Origin: Moraxella nasicaprae
GTDB lineage: Bacteria; Pseudomonadota; Gammaproteobacteria; Pseudomonadales; Moraxellaceae
DNA length: 32,000 nt
Assembly: GCF_025643275.1 (NCBI RefSeq)
Contig: NZ_CP089977.1
Location: 2,040,001-2,072,000 of the forward strand
Reading direction: 5' to 3'
The translations under genes and the position numbers were made by a program. Positions 15,298-23,096 of this stretch are shown one piece after another; within the stretch, counting starts at the first letter, position 1, and every line of letters starts with the position of its first letter. The notes below the pieces were generated by a model. That model ran no database searches and was not told the DNA's origin. It worked only from the letters and a program-made list of their open reading frames with translations.

Positions 15298-15843
15298 TTA
15301 TCCAATCAAGCCGTACACTTCGGTGCGAATGCGTTTTAGGGTATGTTCATCTAGTGTGCCTTGTTTGCTTTGGGCTTCTAGTTTTTCAAAGGCTTTATCC
15401 ATATCGGCTTTGAGCTTGTTTTGGAACTGTTTTAGTCTGGTGCTGGCACTCATCAAGGGAGCGACATTTTTAGCAACTTTACCCATTAAATCAAGTTTTG
15501 CCACTTCATCAAGCTCACTGCTTGATAGCTCACCAATGGCAATCAGGGCATCAAATACTTCGGTTTGTAGCATGGCAATCAATGCTTCCGAGCGAGTGTC
15601 GCTCTCATCGCTTGCCCCTTCTGCAATCAGCCGTGCCGCCTCGGTGCTTGCTTTGATGCTAGCAAAGCGTTTTTGAATTTTTGCCCCATAGCGATGCACC
15701 GCACTTCGGCTAATTTCATAGCCTTGCGATTTTAGCCACTCAGCAAGCTCGGTATAATTGCCAAAGCCATTGTCGGCAAGTTTGCGTTCTAATTCGTGGC
15801 GGACAGTCTCTGGCAACCGCTCAACACTGCTTCGTTTTGCCAT
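15298..15843 (-). CDS. Terminase small subunit-like protein (Mu gp27 / DUF3486 type)
   Basis: The N-terminus MAKRSSVERLPETVRHELERKLADNGFGNYTELAEWLKSQGYEISRSAVHRYG is an HTH characteristic of this family. Confidence 0.75.
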   Translation of the reverse strand: MAKRSSVERLPETVRHELERKLADNGFGNYTELAEWLKSQGYEISRSAVHRYGAKIQKRFASIKASTEAARLIAEGASDESDTRSEALIAMLQTEVFDALIAIGELSSSELDEVAKLDLMGKVAKNVAPLMSASTRLKQFQNKLKADMDKAFEKLEAQSKQGTLDEHTLKRIRTEVYGLIG

Positions 15844-15851
15844 ACTGCCCC

Positions 15852-16157
15852 CTAAGATTGCCAGTATTTGTCAGGTCGCCCAATACCAAGAGGGCAATCG
15901 GTGGTGTACTCGGCAATGTCCACCCCTGTGTGGGTCAAATCACAAAACCAAGCACCGTTTGGCTCTTTGGTAAGCTCAATAAGCCTACGATCAGACAGAT
16001 ATTCAAGCTGTTGGCGTAACTCTAAGGGGGTTGCATCGGCATAAATGCCCCGCATCACATCAAGCAAAAACACCTCGCTTGTGGTGTAGGGGCGAGCCTT
16101 GTTTAGGGTATTGATGATATGCCAACGCATACCCTCACGGCGGATTTTTTCTTGCAT
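15852..16157 (-). CDS. Hypothetical phage protein (101 aa, possibly winged-helix)
   Basis: Clean ORF in operon context directly upstream of the terminase genes. No family recognised. Confidence 0.5.
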   Translation of the reverse strand: MQEKIRREGMRWHIINTLNKARPYTTSEVFLLDVMRGIYADATPLELRQQLEYLSDRRLIELTKEPNGAWFCDLTHTGVDIAEYTTDCPLGIGRPDKYWQS

Positions 16158-16219
16158 TTTTTGTTCTCTGTTTAGATTGCTTTTGGTTATTAGCTATTAG
16201 GATAAACTTAAATTTATTC

Positions 16220-16543
16220 TTATTTAGCCTTTGAACTCTCTAAGCGAAAAAGCTCGGTTAGGGTCTTTTGAATGCTGTCCATTTTGGCTTCTAGCACCGC
16301 TTGGTTACGGATATAATCTTCTCGTAGGACATACTTTTCAGGTAAGACGGCTTTTTGTTCGGCAAATAAGTTTTCTAAGACTTCCACCTTCTCGCTAAGG
16401 CGGTCTTGGGCTTTTTGGCGTTCGTCCTGTTGTGCTTGAAACTGGGCAAGGAGCATTTTGCCAAAACCCCAACAAGTCCCCAAGAATGCCAACAAAAAGC
16501 TCACTAATTGCCAAAACTCAATGCTGATAAAAGTCTTATCCAC
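16220..16543 (-). CDS. Membrane-anchored coiled-coil protein (i-spanin-like or Mu gp25/DUF2730-like)
   Basis: N-terminal TM helix (FWQLVSFLLAFLGTCWGFG) followed by a charged helical region. It lies within the lysis cluster. Confidence 0.55.
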   Translation of the reverse strand: MDKTFISIEFWQLVSFLLAFLGTCWGFGKMLLAQFQAQQDERQKAQDRLSEKVEVLENLFAEQKAVLPEKYVLREDYIRNQAVLEAKMDSIQKTLTELFRLESSKAK

Positions 16544-16546
16544 GGA

Positions 16547-16774
16547 TTACCTCCTTGCTTTTTTGGCTTTTTGGTTTTCAAAATCGCTTTGGCACGCCAC
16601 ACACCGCTGACAACCTGCCACTTTTTGTTGTCTAAGCAAGGGAATGGGTTCATTGCAGTCAATGCAGTGAGTGGCAGAGGGTAGGGAGGTTTGAGTGATT
16701 CTTGCTCGCTTAATGTGCTGAGCCAAAATCAACTCGGTCTGATGTTGAGCTTGGTCGATAATATCTGTCATCAC
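16547..16774 (-). CDS. TraR/DksA-family C4 zinc-finger protein
   Basis: CIDCNEPIP...CQRCVACQ near the C-terminus, with a helical N-terminus. Confidence 0.7.
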   Translation of the reverse strand: MMTDIIDQAQHQTELILAQHIKRARITQTSLPSATHCIDCNEPIPLLRQQKVAGCQRCVACQSDFENQKAKKARR

Positions 16775-17001
16775 ATCTCCTCTTGCTGATTTTTTGTGCC
16801 ATCACGAGCTGCCAAAAACCGTCTTGCCACCGCATAACCGCCCACGGAAGCCAAATAAACCAGCCACAGCTCCCAATCGCTGGTATTTAGGCGGATAAAT
16901 TGCACAGTTGCAACAAGGCTTGCCACATTTGCCCAAAGGCGAGTGTGTGACAAGCGGTTTGTTTGTGGGTTTGTGATAAGGTCAAGTAATTTGTTCATCA
17001 T
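16771..17001 (-). CDS. Small membrane protein, holin candidate (76 aa)
   Basis: ATG 17001 overlaps the amidase TGA (TGATG). It has two hydrophobic segments (LWANVASLVATVQFI and LWLVYLASVGGYAVA) and sits directly after the endolysin. The upstream extension in the track overlaps the amidase. Confidence 0.55.
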   Translation of the reverse strand: MMNKLLDLITNPQTNRLSHTRLWANVASLVATVQFIRLNTSDWELWLVYLASVGGYAVARRFLAARDGTKNQQEEM

Positions 17002-17537
17002 CAACCCCGAATGCTGACAAGACCTGCGATGGTGCTGGCAATCGCACGGCAGATGAGCCATTTTTTGGCATACCAAACTGCCAAATCCTCATCATTGCTG
17101 ATAAAAAATGGTTCAAAAATAATACCACCAGACTGAGCATAGCCAAGACGAGAATGCTGACCTGCATTATCTGGCTTGTAGCCTTTATCGCCACGAAGTT
17201 TCCAGCCTGTAATATCAGCAACAGATTTGCACAAGGCTTGAGCGGTTTCTTTATTTTTGGCAACAGTTAATGCTTCAATACCTGTGGCGGTTTTATTTGT
17301 AGCAGCGTTGCAGTGAAATTCGATGGCAAGTTTTGCCCCACGAATGAGCTTGATGGCATCTTTGAGTGGTAGGTTTGTACGGTTTATGCCGTCTGTTTTG
17401 ACGGTTAATCCATAATCAGCACGCAAGATATGGCTGATGATGTTACGCATATCGACAGCGATGTCCGCTTCACGAGCCAAGCCATTGACCGCACCAGGGT
17501 CAAGATTAGAGTGTCCAGCAGTCAGTACGATGGTCAT
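17001..17537 (-). CDS. Endolysin, N-acetylmuramoyl-L-alanine amidase type
   Basis: IVLTAGHSNLDPGAV ... AIEFHCNAA ... GIIFEPFFISNDEDL matches the Amidase_3 metal-ligand pattern. A strong AAGGAG RBS is present. Confidence 0.8.
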   Translation of the reverse strand: MTIVLTAGHSNLDPGAVNGLAREADIAVDMRNIISHILRADYGLTVKTDGINRTNLPLKDAIKLIRGAKLAIEFHCNAATNKTATGIEALTVAKNKETAQALCKSVADITGWKLRGDKGYKPDNAGQHSRLGYAQSGGIIFEPFFISNDEDLAVWYAKKWLICRAIASTIAGLVSIRG

Positions 17538-17565
17538 AAAAACTCCTTAAAAATGTTTTGGGAGT

Positions 17566-17610
17566 ATTATGACAAAGAGTAAAAAAGATGTCCTTTAAAG
17601 CGTTTTAAAA
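17566..17610 (-). promoter_or_regulatory. Late (Plys-like) activator-dependent promoter of the inverted lysis-to-G operon
   Basis: The minus strand reads aattt-TTAAAACGCTTTAAAGGAC-N18-CATAATACTCCCAAAA. The same elements at the same 37-nt spacing occur at 26642-26685 upstream of the I gene. There is no -35 hexamer. Confidence 0.6.
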
Positions 17611-17641
17611 ATTGCTTGGGCGAGGGTGGTTTGATGGCAAT

Positions 17642-17669
17642 AAAAAAAGACTTGCCAAAAACAAGTCTT
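17642..17669 (-). terminator. Rho-independent terminator (minus strand) ending the repressor/moron transcription unit
   Basis: Minus strand: aagacttg / tttttgg / caagtctt followed by T7. Confidence 0.7.
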
Positions 17670-17680
17670 GTTGGTATGAT
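17652..17680 (+). promoter_or_regulatory. Second plus-strand sigma70-like promoter, paralogous in sequence to the one at 11152-11180
   Basis: TTGCCA, a 17-nt spacer ending in TGg, and TATGAT. The -10 region gttggtatgatatggaca compares with tttggtataatgtggata at 11170-11187. Confidence 0.35.
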
Positions 17681-17704
17681 ATGGACAGAGCTACTTTGAT
17701 AGCC

Positions 17705-17736
17705 AAAGCCCCCAAGTTTACGCTTGGGGGCTTTTT
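17705..17736. terminator. GC-rich hairpin terminator directly after the Excalibur-domain gene (bidirectional shape)
   Basis: agcccccaag / tttacg / cttgggggct. T5 on the plus strand, a weaker U-tract on the minus strand. Confidence 0.65.
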
Positions 17737-17741
17737 AATGG

Positions 17742-17978
17742 TTATTTTTTACCTTTTGTAGGGCAATTTTTCCCACTACCACCTGGCAAGCAATCACACG
17801 CCCGTCCATCGCCATCTCTGTCTAGACTTTTCCAACCTGTCTTTCCTGCCTTTTTGAGTTTTTCATAATGGGCTTGGGCTTCTTGTTGGGTTTTAAAGTC
17901 GCTACATTTTTTGGCGGCAAATGCTGGTTGGCTGATTGCCAAAACCGCTAGGGGTAACAGTAAGTGAACGAGTTTCAT
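17742..17978 (-). CDS. Secreted Excalibur calcium-binding-domain protein (78 aa)
   Basis: Signal peptide MKLVHLLLPLAVLAISQPAFA, then CSDFKTQQEAQAHYE...LDRDGDGRACD, the Excalibur signature. Confidence 0.7.
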   Translation of the reverse strand: MKLVHLLLPLAVLAISQPAFAAKKCSDFKTQQEAQAHYEKLKKAGKTGWKSLDRDGDGRACDCLPGGSGKNCPTKGKK

Positions 17979-17987
17979 TGGATTTCC

Positions 17988-18653
17988 TTATTTTTGTAAA
18001 TCCTTGATAATAGCTTGTTGGATTTCGTCCTTGTAAAGTATTTCACTTATTTTGGAGCGTGAATACCCTTTAAGCACAAAATCAGCACTGGTATCAGCAA
18101 CCAAATCCTTAAAATCTTTGGCATCAGTGTGGGCTTGCAATGCTTTTAGGGCTTGCTCTTTGGTAACGGTTAATGTTACCGGCTTGACAATGACCTTGCT
18201 TGGGTCTTGCATATCTTTTACGCCAGCACTCACAGTGATTTTATCTATGTTGGTGTAGGTAAACGGTTTATAAATGCCATAGAGTAAGGCTTTGTTTTGT
18301 TCGTATGCTAGATTTTCTTTGGTGTTGGCTTCGGTACTGATTTCGTAAAGTTCCAAATGCACAGGATTATCACCTGACACCTTAAATTGCCCATCGTACT
18401 GATAGTCGTTAAAGGCGGTCATCATGTCTGATACATTGTCAAAAGTTACTACGCCGTCTGCATTGAGTGTGTAGGACACGCCATCCATTAAGCTGTCTAA
18501 CCGCTTTTTGTATTCATCATCAGACATTGTGGGCTCAGCAGCAGGCGTGGCGGTTTCTATGCTTTGGGCGGTTGGCTCTTTGGTGGTTTCACTGGTAGGC
18601 TCGCCACAGGCGATGAGTGCCAGTGGAAGCAGTAGGGGTGTGAGTTTTTTCAT
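17988..18653 (-). CDS. Lipoprotein of unknown function (221 aa), prophage moron
   Basis: Lipobox LALIAC at residues 11-16 after a basic N-terminus. No family recognised. Confidence 0.65.
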   Translation of the reverse strand: MKKLTPLLLPLALIACGEPTSETTKEPTAQSIETATPAAEPTMSDDEYKKRLDSLMDGVSYTLNADGVVTFDNVSDMMTAFNDYQYDGQFKVSGDNPVHLELYEISTEANTKENLAYEQNKALLYGIYKPFTYTNIDKITVSAGVKDMQDPSKVIVKPVTLTVTKEQALKALQAHTDAKDFKDLVADTSADFVLKGYSRSKISEILYKDEIQQAIIKDLQK

Positions 18654-18663
18654 GTTGCATTCC

Positions 18664-19104
18664 TTAGATTTTTAGTCGTTTAAGTTCTTCGGTGTATTCA
18701 TGTGCTTTTGCATCTGCATTTTTCTTGATTTGCATAGCAATAAAACAAATAATGAATGATAAGATGGCAATCAGCTGGAGACTACCCTGTGATGGATTTA
18801 GTAAAAAGAAACATATAGGTGTGATAAAAAATGAAATGGTTAAAACCAATCCTGCACGCCATGATGATGTTTCTAATTCACTAATCTTGTATTGTAAATC
18901 TCGGCAATAACGATATTGCTTTAAGTTGTAATGACAAAATGGGCAGTAGTCCATATCATTCCACACAGCATGTTGGCAAGCATGCCTAGGGCATAGCATT
19001 GAACCAATTTGTCCGACGCTTGGCATTATGGGAGGTATGGGATTTTTTGAGAAAAACACATCGCCATGATGCTCACCATAGTTGACATAACCATTATTAT
19101 CCAA
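18664..19104 (-). CDS. Zinc-ribbon / two-TM membrane protein co-transcribed with the repressor (146 aa)
   Basis: TTG start at 19104 has AAGGAG 8 nt upstream and overlaps the repressor stop. CPRHAC...CPFC is followed by two hydrophobic helices (AGLVLTISFFITPICFFLL and LQLIAILSFIICFIAMQI). Confidence 0.55.
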   Translation of the reverse strand: MDNNGYVNYGEHHGDVFFSKNPIPPIMPSVGQIGSMLCPRHACQHAVWNDMDYCPFCHYNLKQYRYCRDLQYKISELETSSWRAGLVLTISFFITPICFFLLNPSQGSLQLIAILSFIICFIAMQIKKNADAKAHEYTEELKRLKI

Positions 19105-19600
19105 ACTTCACATCTCCTTTGTGTTTACCTTGATTGATATAGCCATGATTGGGGGTTTGATTTAAATTAATATCGCCCTGTGCCTGCATTTGTGAACCAA
19201 CCGAACCGTGAATGGTGTTTTGAAAGGTAGTTGATTTTGTTTCATTGGTAACTACTTCTGAATTATCTGCCAACAACATTAGCAGTATCTGCTTGCGTAC
19301 TTGTTCATTAGCGGTGCGGTATTTTTCTATGATGAGCTGTTCTTCATTACTCAAATGAAATTGGCGATTATTCCCAACTGTCATCATTTTTTCCTTGCCA
19401 TGTACCAAATATTCCAATGAATAGTCTGTCAATTCTTGAAGTTTGGTTAAAAATTTTATATCTGGCTGACGCTCGTCACTCTCATATCTTTGCAAAGTTG
19501 CTGTACCAATATCCAGACTTTTGGCGAATGAATGGCGTGGTTCTTTGCCACGAATTGCCAAAATTCGCTGACCGATGGTTAAATCTTCCCAGTCTTCCAT
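19097..19600 (-). CDS. Prophage repressor (Mu c-position, XRE-type HTH)
   Basis: HTH LTIGQRILAIRGKEPRHSFAKSLDIGTATLQRYESDERQPD. The gene is divergent from the early operon across a promoter/operator region. Confidence 0.8.
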   Translation of the reverse strand: MEDWEDLTIGQRILAIRGKEPRHSFAKSLDIGTATLQRYESDERQPDIKFLTKLQELTDYSLEYLVHGKEKMMTVGNNRQFHLSNEEQLIIEKYRTANEQVRKQILLMLLADNSEVVTNETKSTTFQNTIHGSVGSQMQAQGDINLNQTPNHGYINQGKHKGDVKFG

Positions 19601-19628
19601 AAATTTTACCCGATTTGATAAAAAATTA

Positions 19629-19658
19629 TTGACACATTTAATCCATTCGGATTAAAAT
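19629..19658 (+). promoter_or_regulatory. Early promoter (Pe-like) with an embedded palindromic operator
   Basis: TTGACA (19629-19634), an 18-nt spacer, and TAAAAT (19653-19658). The palindrome aatccattcggatt (19640-19653) lies within the spacer. CACATTTA(A)TCC occurs twice (19633-19644 and 19689-19699). Confidence 0.6.
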
Positions 19659-19711
19659 AAATACATCACACAAACTTACCTTAAATCACACATTTATCCA
19701 TAGGAGTTGTT

Positions 19712-19909
19712 ATGACTACCAAAACCGTTGAGCAAGTCAAAGCAGAATATCGTGCCAAAGGCATTCCTATTGCCAAAGTTGCTCGTGAGCAGGGCTGGAC
19801 ACCGCAAGAGGTCTATAAAGTCTTCAATGGGCAAGCCAAAGGACACTTTGGGCGTTCACACGACATTGCGGTATTTTTTGGCTTAAAACAGGGTGAAATG
19901 CGTGTTTAA
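19712..19909 (+). CDS. Ner/Cro-like small DNA-binding protein
   Basis: 65 aa, first gene of the early operon. It has an HTH-like IPIAKVAREQGWTPQEVYKVFNG plus ..HDIAVFFGLK.., as in the Ner/Nlp family. Confidence 0.65.
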   Translation: MTTKTVEQVKAEYRAKGIPIAKVAREQGWTPQEVYKVFNGQAKGHFGRSHDIAVFFGLKQGEMRV

Positions 19910-19987
19910 AACTTGGGTATATTTTAGCACAAGTTTGCACATTTTACTATTTCAACCCCTTATTTCATCAGGTCTTGGAGTAAAAAT

Positions 19988-20275
19988 ATGAGCGGTAAAG
20001 GCACTCGTATCCTGCAAGTTTTTAAGGCATTGCATAACCACCCCTTGATTGGGATTAGCAATAAAGAGATTGCCGATAACTTAGGATTTACCCCCACCCA
20101 AGTCAGCCGTGATTTGGCAGATTTAATCAGTGAAGGATTGGTGCAAAAGCTGGACAATGGCAACTATGCCTACTCTATTCGCACCCTGCAAATCGCTGAA
20201 AACTATCGTAAACAGCACGAACGGCTAAAAGCGAGAATGGACGAAATCCAACGCAATGTCGGTATCGGCTATTAG
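19988..20275 (+). CDS. Winged-helix DNA-binding protein (95 aa)
   Basis: ISNKEIADNLGFTPTQVSRDLADLISEGLVQKLDNGNY is a typical wHTH. Confidence 0.6.
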   Translation: MSGKGTRILQVFKALHNHPLIGISNKEIADNLGFTPTQVSRDLADLISEGLVQKLDNGNYAYSIRTLQIAENYRKQHERLKARMDEIQRNVGIGY

Positions 20276-20277
20276 GC

Positions 20278-20330
20278 AAAAATCCCGACATCGGGATTTT
20301 TAGGCAAATGTGCCGATGTCGGCACATTTG
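20278..20330 (+). promoter_or_regulatory. Two tandem perfect-arm hairpins/palindromes in the early operon; the first is terminator-shaped
   Basis: aaaaatccc-gacatc-gggattttt (20278-20301) and caaatgtgcc-gatgtc-ggcacatttg (20305-20330). The two loop hexamers are reverse complements of each other. Confidence 0.55.
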
Positions 20331-20360
20331 AAAATTAACCAAAGCAAAAGGTATTAAAAA

Positions 20361-21260
20361 ATGAGTGAAGCCACAAGCGTAGAAGTCATCACCGCTGACC
20401 AGATTAACCAACAAGCCCTGCACAGTATGCAGGTGATGGAGCAATGGGGTAATGGCGAGGTGTATAACGAAGCCACTTGGATTGAACGAGGTCGCCAAGC
20501 GGTTGTCAAAACCTTGGAGGGTATGTTTGAGCTTGGAAAAACTTTGATTGTACTAAAAGAACATACTGAACACGGTCGTTTTCGTGAGATTGTAGAGACT
20601 GAGTTTGGCATTAAAGGCTCTGAAACCGCAAGGCTTATTAGAGCAACCCAACGCTTTGCTACCCCACAAATGCAAAAAGCCCAGCCCAAACTGATTGGAC
20701 TTGGTAAATCCAAACTGCTTGAGCTTTTGGTAGAAGATGACGACACCCTAGTGGAGCTTGCTGAAGGTGGCGATATTAACGGCAATACGCTGGACGATGT
20801 AGACAGAATGACCATCAAAGAGCTACGCCTAGCCCTGCGAGAAGCCCGTGAGGACAGCAAAGCCAAAGACAAGGTGATGAGCGAGAAAAATGCCAAGATT
20901 GATGAGCTTGCCGAAAAACTTGCCAAAAACAAAAACAAACAGCCCAAACCTGCCGATGTCGCACGAGAACTGTCTGCACAACTGGCAAGTGCAGAAGTGT
21001 CCGCTCGCTCCGAGATTAGCAAATTAAAAGATATTTTTGATGGTCTTATGGCTCACAAAGAAGCACACGGAAGCGACCATACCGCTCTGATGGTGGGGGC
21101 TATCAATCAGCTTATCCTAGACTGCGAAATCCTGCGTGGGCAATACCTGCTACCAACGGACGCTCCGACAGGCGAAGTCCCTGTTTGGCTAACACAAGAT
21201 GAGCCTATGGGGGCGGATGATAGGGATATGCCGTTGCCTTTTGATGAAGATGATGAGTGA
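20361..21260 (+). CDS. DUF3102-like early protein
   Basis: 299 aa. It lies directly upstream of the transposase, as in many Mu-like prophages, with an acidic C-terminus and a central coiled coil. The family call is by recollection only. Confidence 0.55.
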   Translation: MSEATSVEVITADQINQQALHSMQVMEQWGNGEVYNEATWIERGRQAVVKTLEGMFELGKTLIVLKEHTEHGRFREIVETEFGIKGSETARLIRATQRFATPQMQKAQPKLIGLGKSKLLELLVEDDDTLVELAEGGDINGNTLDDVDRMTIKELRLALREAREDSKAKDKVMSEKNAKIDELAEKLAKNKNKQPKPADVARELSAQLASAEVSARSEISKLKDIFDGLMAHKEAHGSDHTALMVGAINQLILDCEILRGQYLLPTDAPTGEVPVWLTQDEPMGADDRDMPLPFDEDDE

Positions 21261-21290
21261 TTGGCAAAGATAACAATAAGGGTCAAAACA

Positions 21291-23087
21291 ATGGCAACCG
21301 ATAATACAGCCCCAAACCCAGCTTTGATAGAACGCCTAGGCGAAATTGCCAAAACCGCCCAAAATCTAGGGCGTGGCGAAAAATCACGCTACTTACAAAC
21401 CAAAGCCGATGAACTGGGTATGAGTGTCTCTACCTTGTATCGCAAGCTAGAAAGCGTAGCGGTGAAGCCTACTCGCAAAGCAAGAAGTGATAAAGGCGAG
21501 ATGACTTTGACCCTTGATGATGCCAAGCTCATCAGTAGCGTGGTGATGGAAGGTATGCGAAAAAATGGCAAACGCATTATGACGGTGGAGCGAGCGGTAA
21601 CGATGCTTCGTGCCAATGGCATGATACAGGCGTGCCACACAGACGGAACGGCATTGTCAGTGGGGGCGATTGTGCGTGGGCTAAAAGCCTATCATCTGCA
21701 CCCAGACCAGCTGTTAGAGCCTGCCCCTGTGGTGTCTATGAAAAGCCTACACCCCAATCATCTGTGGCAAATTGACCCAAGTCTATGCATTTTGTACTAC
21801 CTGCCACGAGCAGGTAAAGATACAGGACTTCGTGTCGCAAGCCACGATGAATTTTATAAAAATAAGCCCGCCAATGTCGTCAAAATCATCAATGACCGTG
21901 TGTGGCGATACACGGGTACAGACCATACCAGTGGGGCGGTGTATTGTCATTATTATTTTGGTGGGGAGACTTCGGCAAATTTGTGCGACTTTTTTATTCG
22001 TATGATGTCGCCCAAAGCCGACATTGGTAAAGACCCTTTTCGTGGTGTGCCAAAAATGGTCATGCTTGACCCTGGCTCGGCAAACACCAGCTCGGCTTTT
22101 AAGACCTTATGCCAAGCCCTAGATGTGGTGGTGCAAATCAACAAGCCCAACAACCCACGAGCCAAAGGGCAAGTGGAAAAAGCCAACGACATTGTCGAGA
22201 CGCATTTTGAAAGTGGCTTAAAGTTTGTACAAGTGGGTGACATTGACACCCTAAATGCCCTTTGTAATAAGTGGCTACGCTATTTTAATAGCCAAGTCAT
22301 TCACTCACGCCACGGCATGACCCGCTATAAAGCGTGGCAAAAGATAAAGTCGGACGAACTTATCATCGCTCCGCCAGCCGAGTATTGCCAATCGCTTGCT
22401 TTGTCTGTGCCAAAAGAAGCCAAAGTTACCCCAGAGCTTGAAATTCGCTACAAGGGCAAGGTGTACGATGTCTCCGCATTGCCTGTTTTGGTTGGGCAAA
22501 AGGTGCTGGTTGCCCAAAATCCGTGGGAAGTGGACGGTGCTAGGGTCTGTGTACTGACGGCAGATGGTGTTGGCGAGAATTGGGTGGCTGTGCCAGAAGT
22601 TATTTTTGACGAGATGGGCTTTCGTGAAAATGCCATCGTTATCGGTCAAGGCTATAAGGCTCACAATGACACCACAGCCCAAACACACGCAAAAGAACTT
22701 CAAAAAATCGCCATGGGGGCAGATACGCTTGAACAAGCCGAAGTCAAGAGAAAAGCTAAGGCTCTGCCCTTTGATGGCAAACTTGACCCGTACAAGCACA
22801 ATGACACTGTGCTGGATAATGACATTACTCTATATATGCCAAAAAAAGGCGTGCAGAGCGTGGAATATGGTCGCTATGAAAAAACTATTGCCGAGCCTAT
22901 CCTATCCAAAGTGGACATCGCCAAACAACTAAAACCACGCTTAGAGGCACTGGGGGCAGATTGGAGCTTGGCGGTCAAGGTGCTACAAGAACGCTATCCT
23001 GATGGTATTCACGCCAGTGGTCTTGATGAAGTGTTTGAAGTATTGAGCGAAAGTAGCGTGCTAAAAACGATTTTAAAAATTGCATAA
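21291..23087 (+). CDS. Mu A-like DDE transposase
   Basis: N-terminal HTH (..ELGMSVSTLYRKLE..). DDE core candidates are LWQIDPS, VMLDPGSAN and KGQVEKAN. Start chosen at ATG 21291; the track start is TTG 21261. Confidence 0.85.
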   Translation: MATDNTAPNPALIERLGEIAKTAQNLGRGEKSRYLQTKADELGMSVSTLYRKLESVAVKPTRKARSDKGEMTLTLDDAKLISSVVMEGMRKNGKRIMTVERAVTMLRANGMIQACHTDGTALSVGAIVRGLKAYHLHPDQLLEPAPVVSMKSLHPNHLWQIDPSLCILYYLPRAGKDTGLRVASHDEFYKNKPANVVKIINDRVWRYTGTDHTSGAVYCHYYFGGETSANLCDFFIRMMSPKADIGKDPFRGVPKMVMLDPGSANTSSAFKTLCQALDVVVQINKPNNPRAKGQVEKANDIVETHFESGLKFVQVGDIDTLNALCNKWLRYFNSQVIHSRHGMTRYKAWQKIKSDELIIAPPAEYCQSLALSVPKEAKVTPELEIRYKGKVYDVSALPVLVGQKVLVAQNPWEVDGARVCVLTADGVGENWVAVPEVIFDEMGFRENAIVIGQGYKAHNDTTAQTHAKELQKIAMGADTLEQAEVKRKAKALPFDGKLDPYKHNDTVLDNDITLYMPKKGVQSVEYGRYEKTIAEPILSKVDIAKQLKPRLEALGADWSLAVKVLQERYPDGIHASGLDEVFEVLSESSVLKTILKIA

Positions 23088-23096
23088 GGATTAGGA

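Noticed and set aside
14045-15676. Plus-strand ORFs 14045-14311, 14439-14834, 14915-15136 and 15272-15676
   Set aside because: All lie inside the minus-strand terminase genes, whose products carry clear family motifs. These are shadow ORFs with odd Cys/Arg/Ser-rich composition.
16982-17263. 93-aa minus-strand ORF, and the 25-codon extension of the holin-like ORF (17002-17076)
   Set aside because: Both overlap the amidase gene in other frames. The amidase frame carries the conserved motifs.
17681-17761. 26-codon ORF starting at ATG 17681
   Set aside because: The ATG lies 1 nt after the putative -10 element, so it would not be in the transcript. No RBS. It runs through the terminator hairpin.
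19090-19110. Programmed +1 frameshift fusing the repressor to the downstream membrane protein
   Set aside because: The frames differ by +1, but there is no recognised slippery or stop-codon-stimulated site. The AAGGAG plus TTG arrangement is adequately explained by translational coupling.
20354-21022. 222-aa minus-strand ORF rich in Ser/Leu/Ala
   Set aside because: It lies entirely antisense to the well-supported DUF3102-like gene. It has the low-complexity composition typical of a shadow frame, no RBS, and no operon context on the minus strand.
21389-22799. Minus-strand ORFs within the transposase gene (21389-21640, 21953-22249, 22305-22799, 22448-22636)
   Set aside because: They are antisense to a DDE transposase with a recognisable HTH and catalytic motifs. 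No starts with an RBS.
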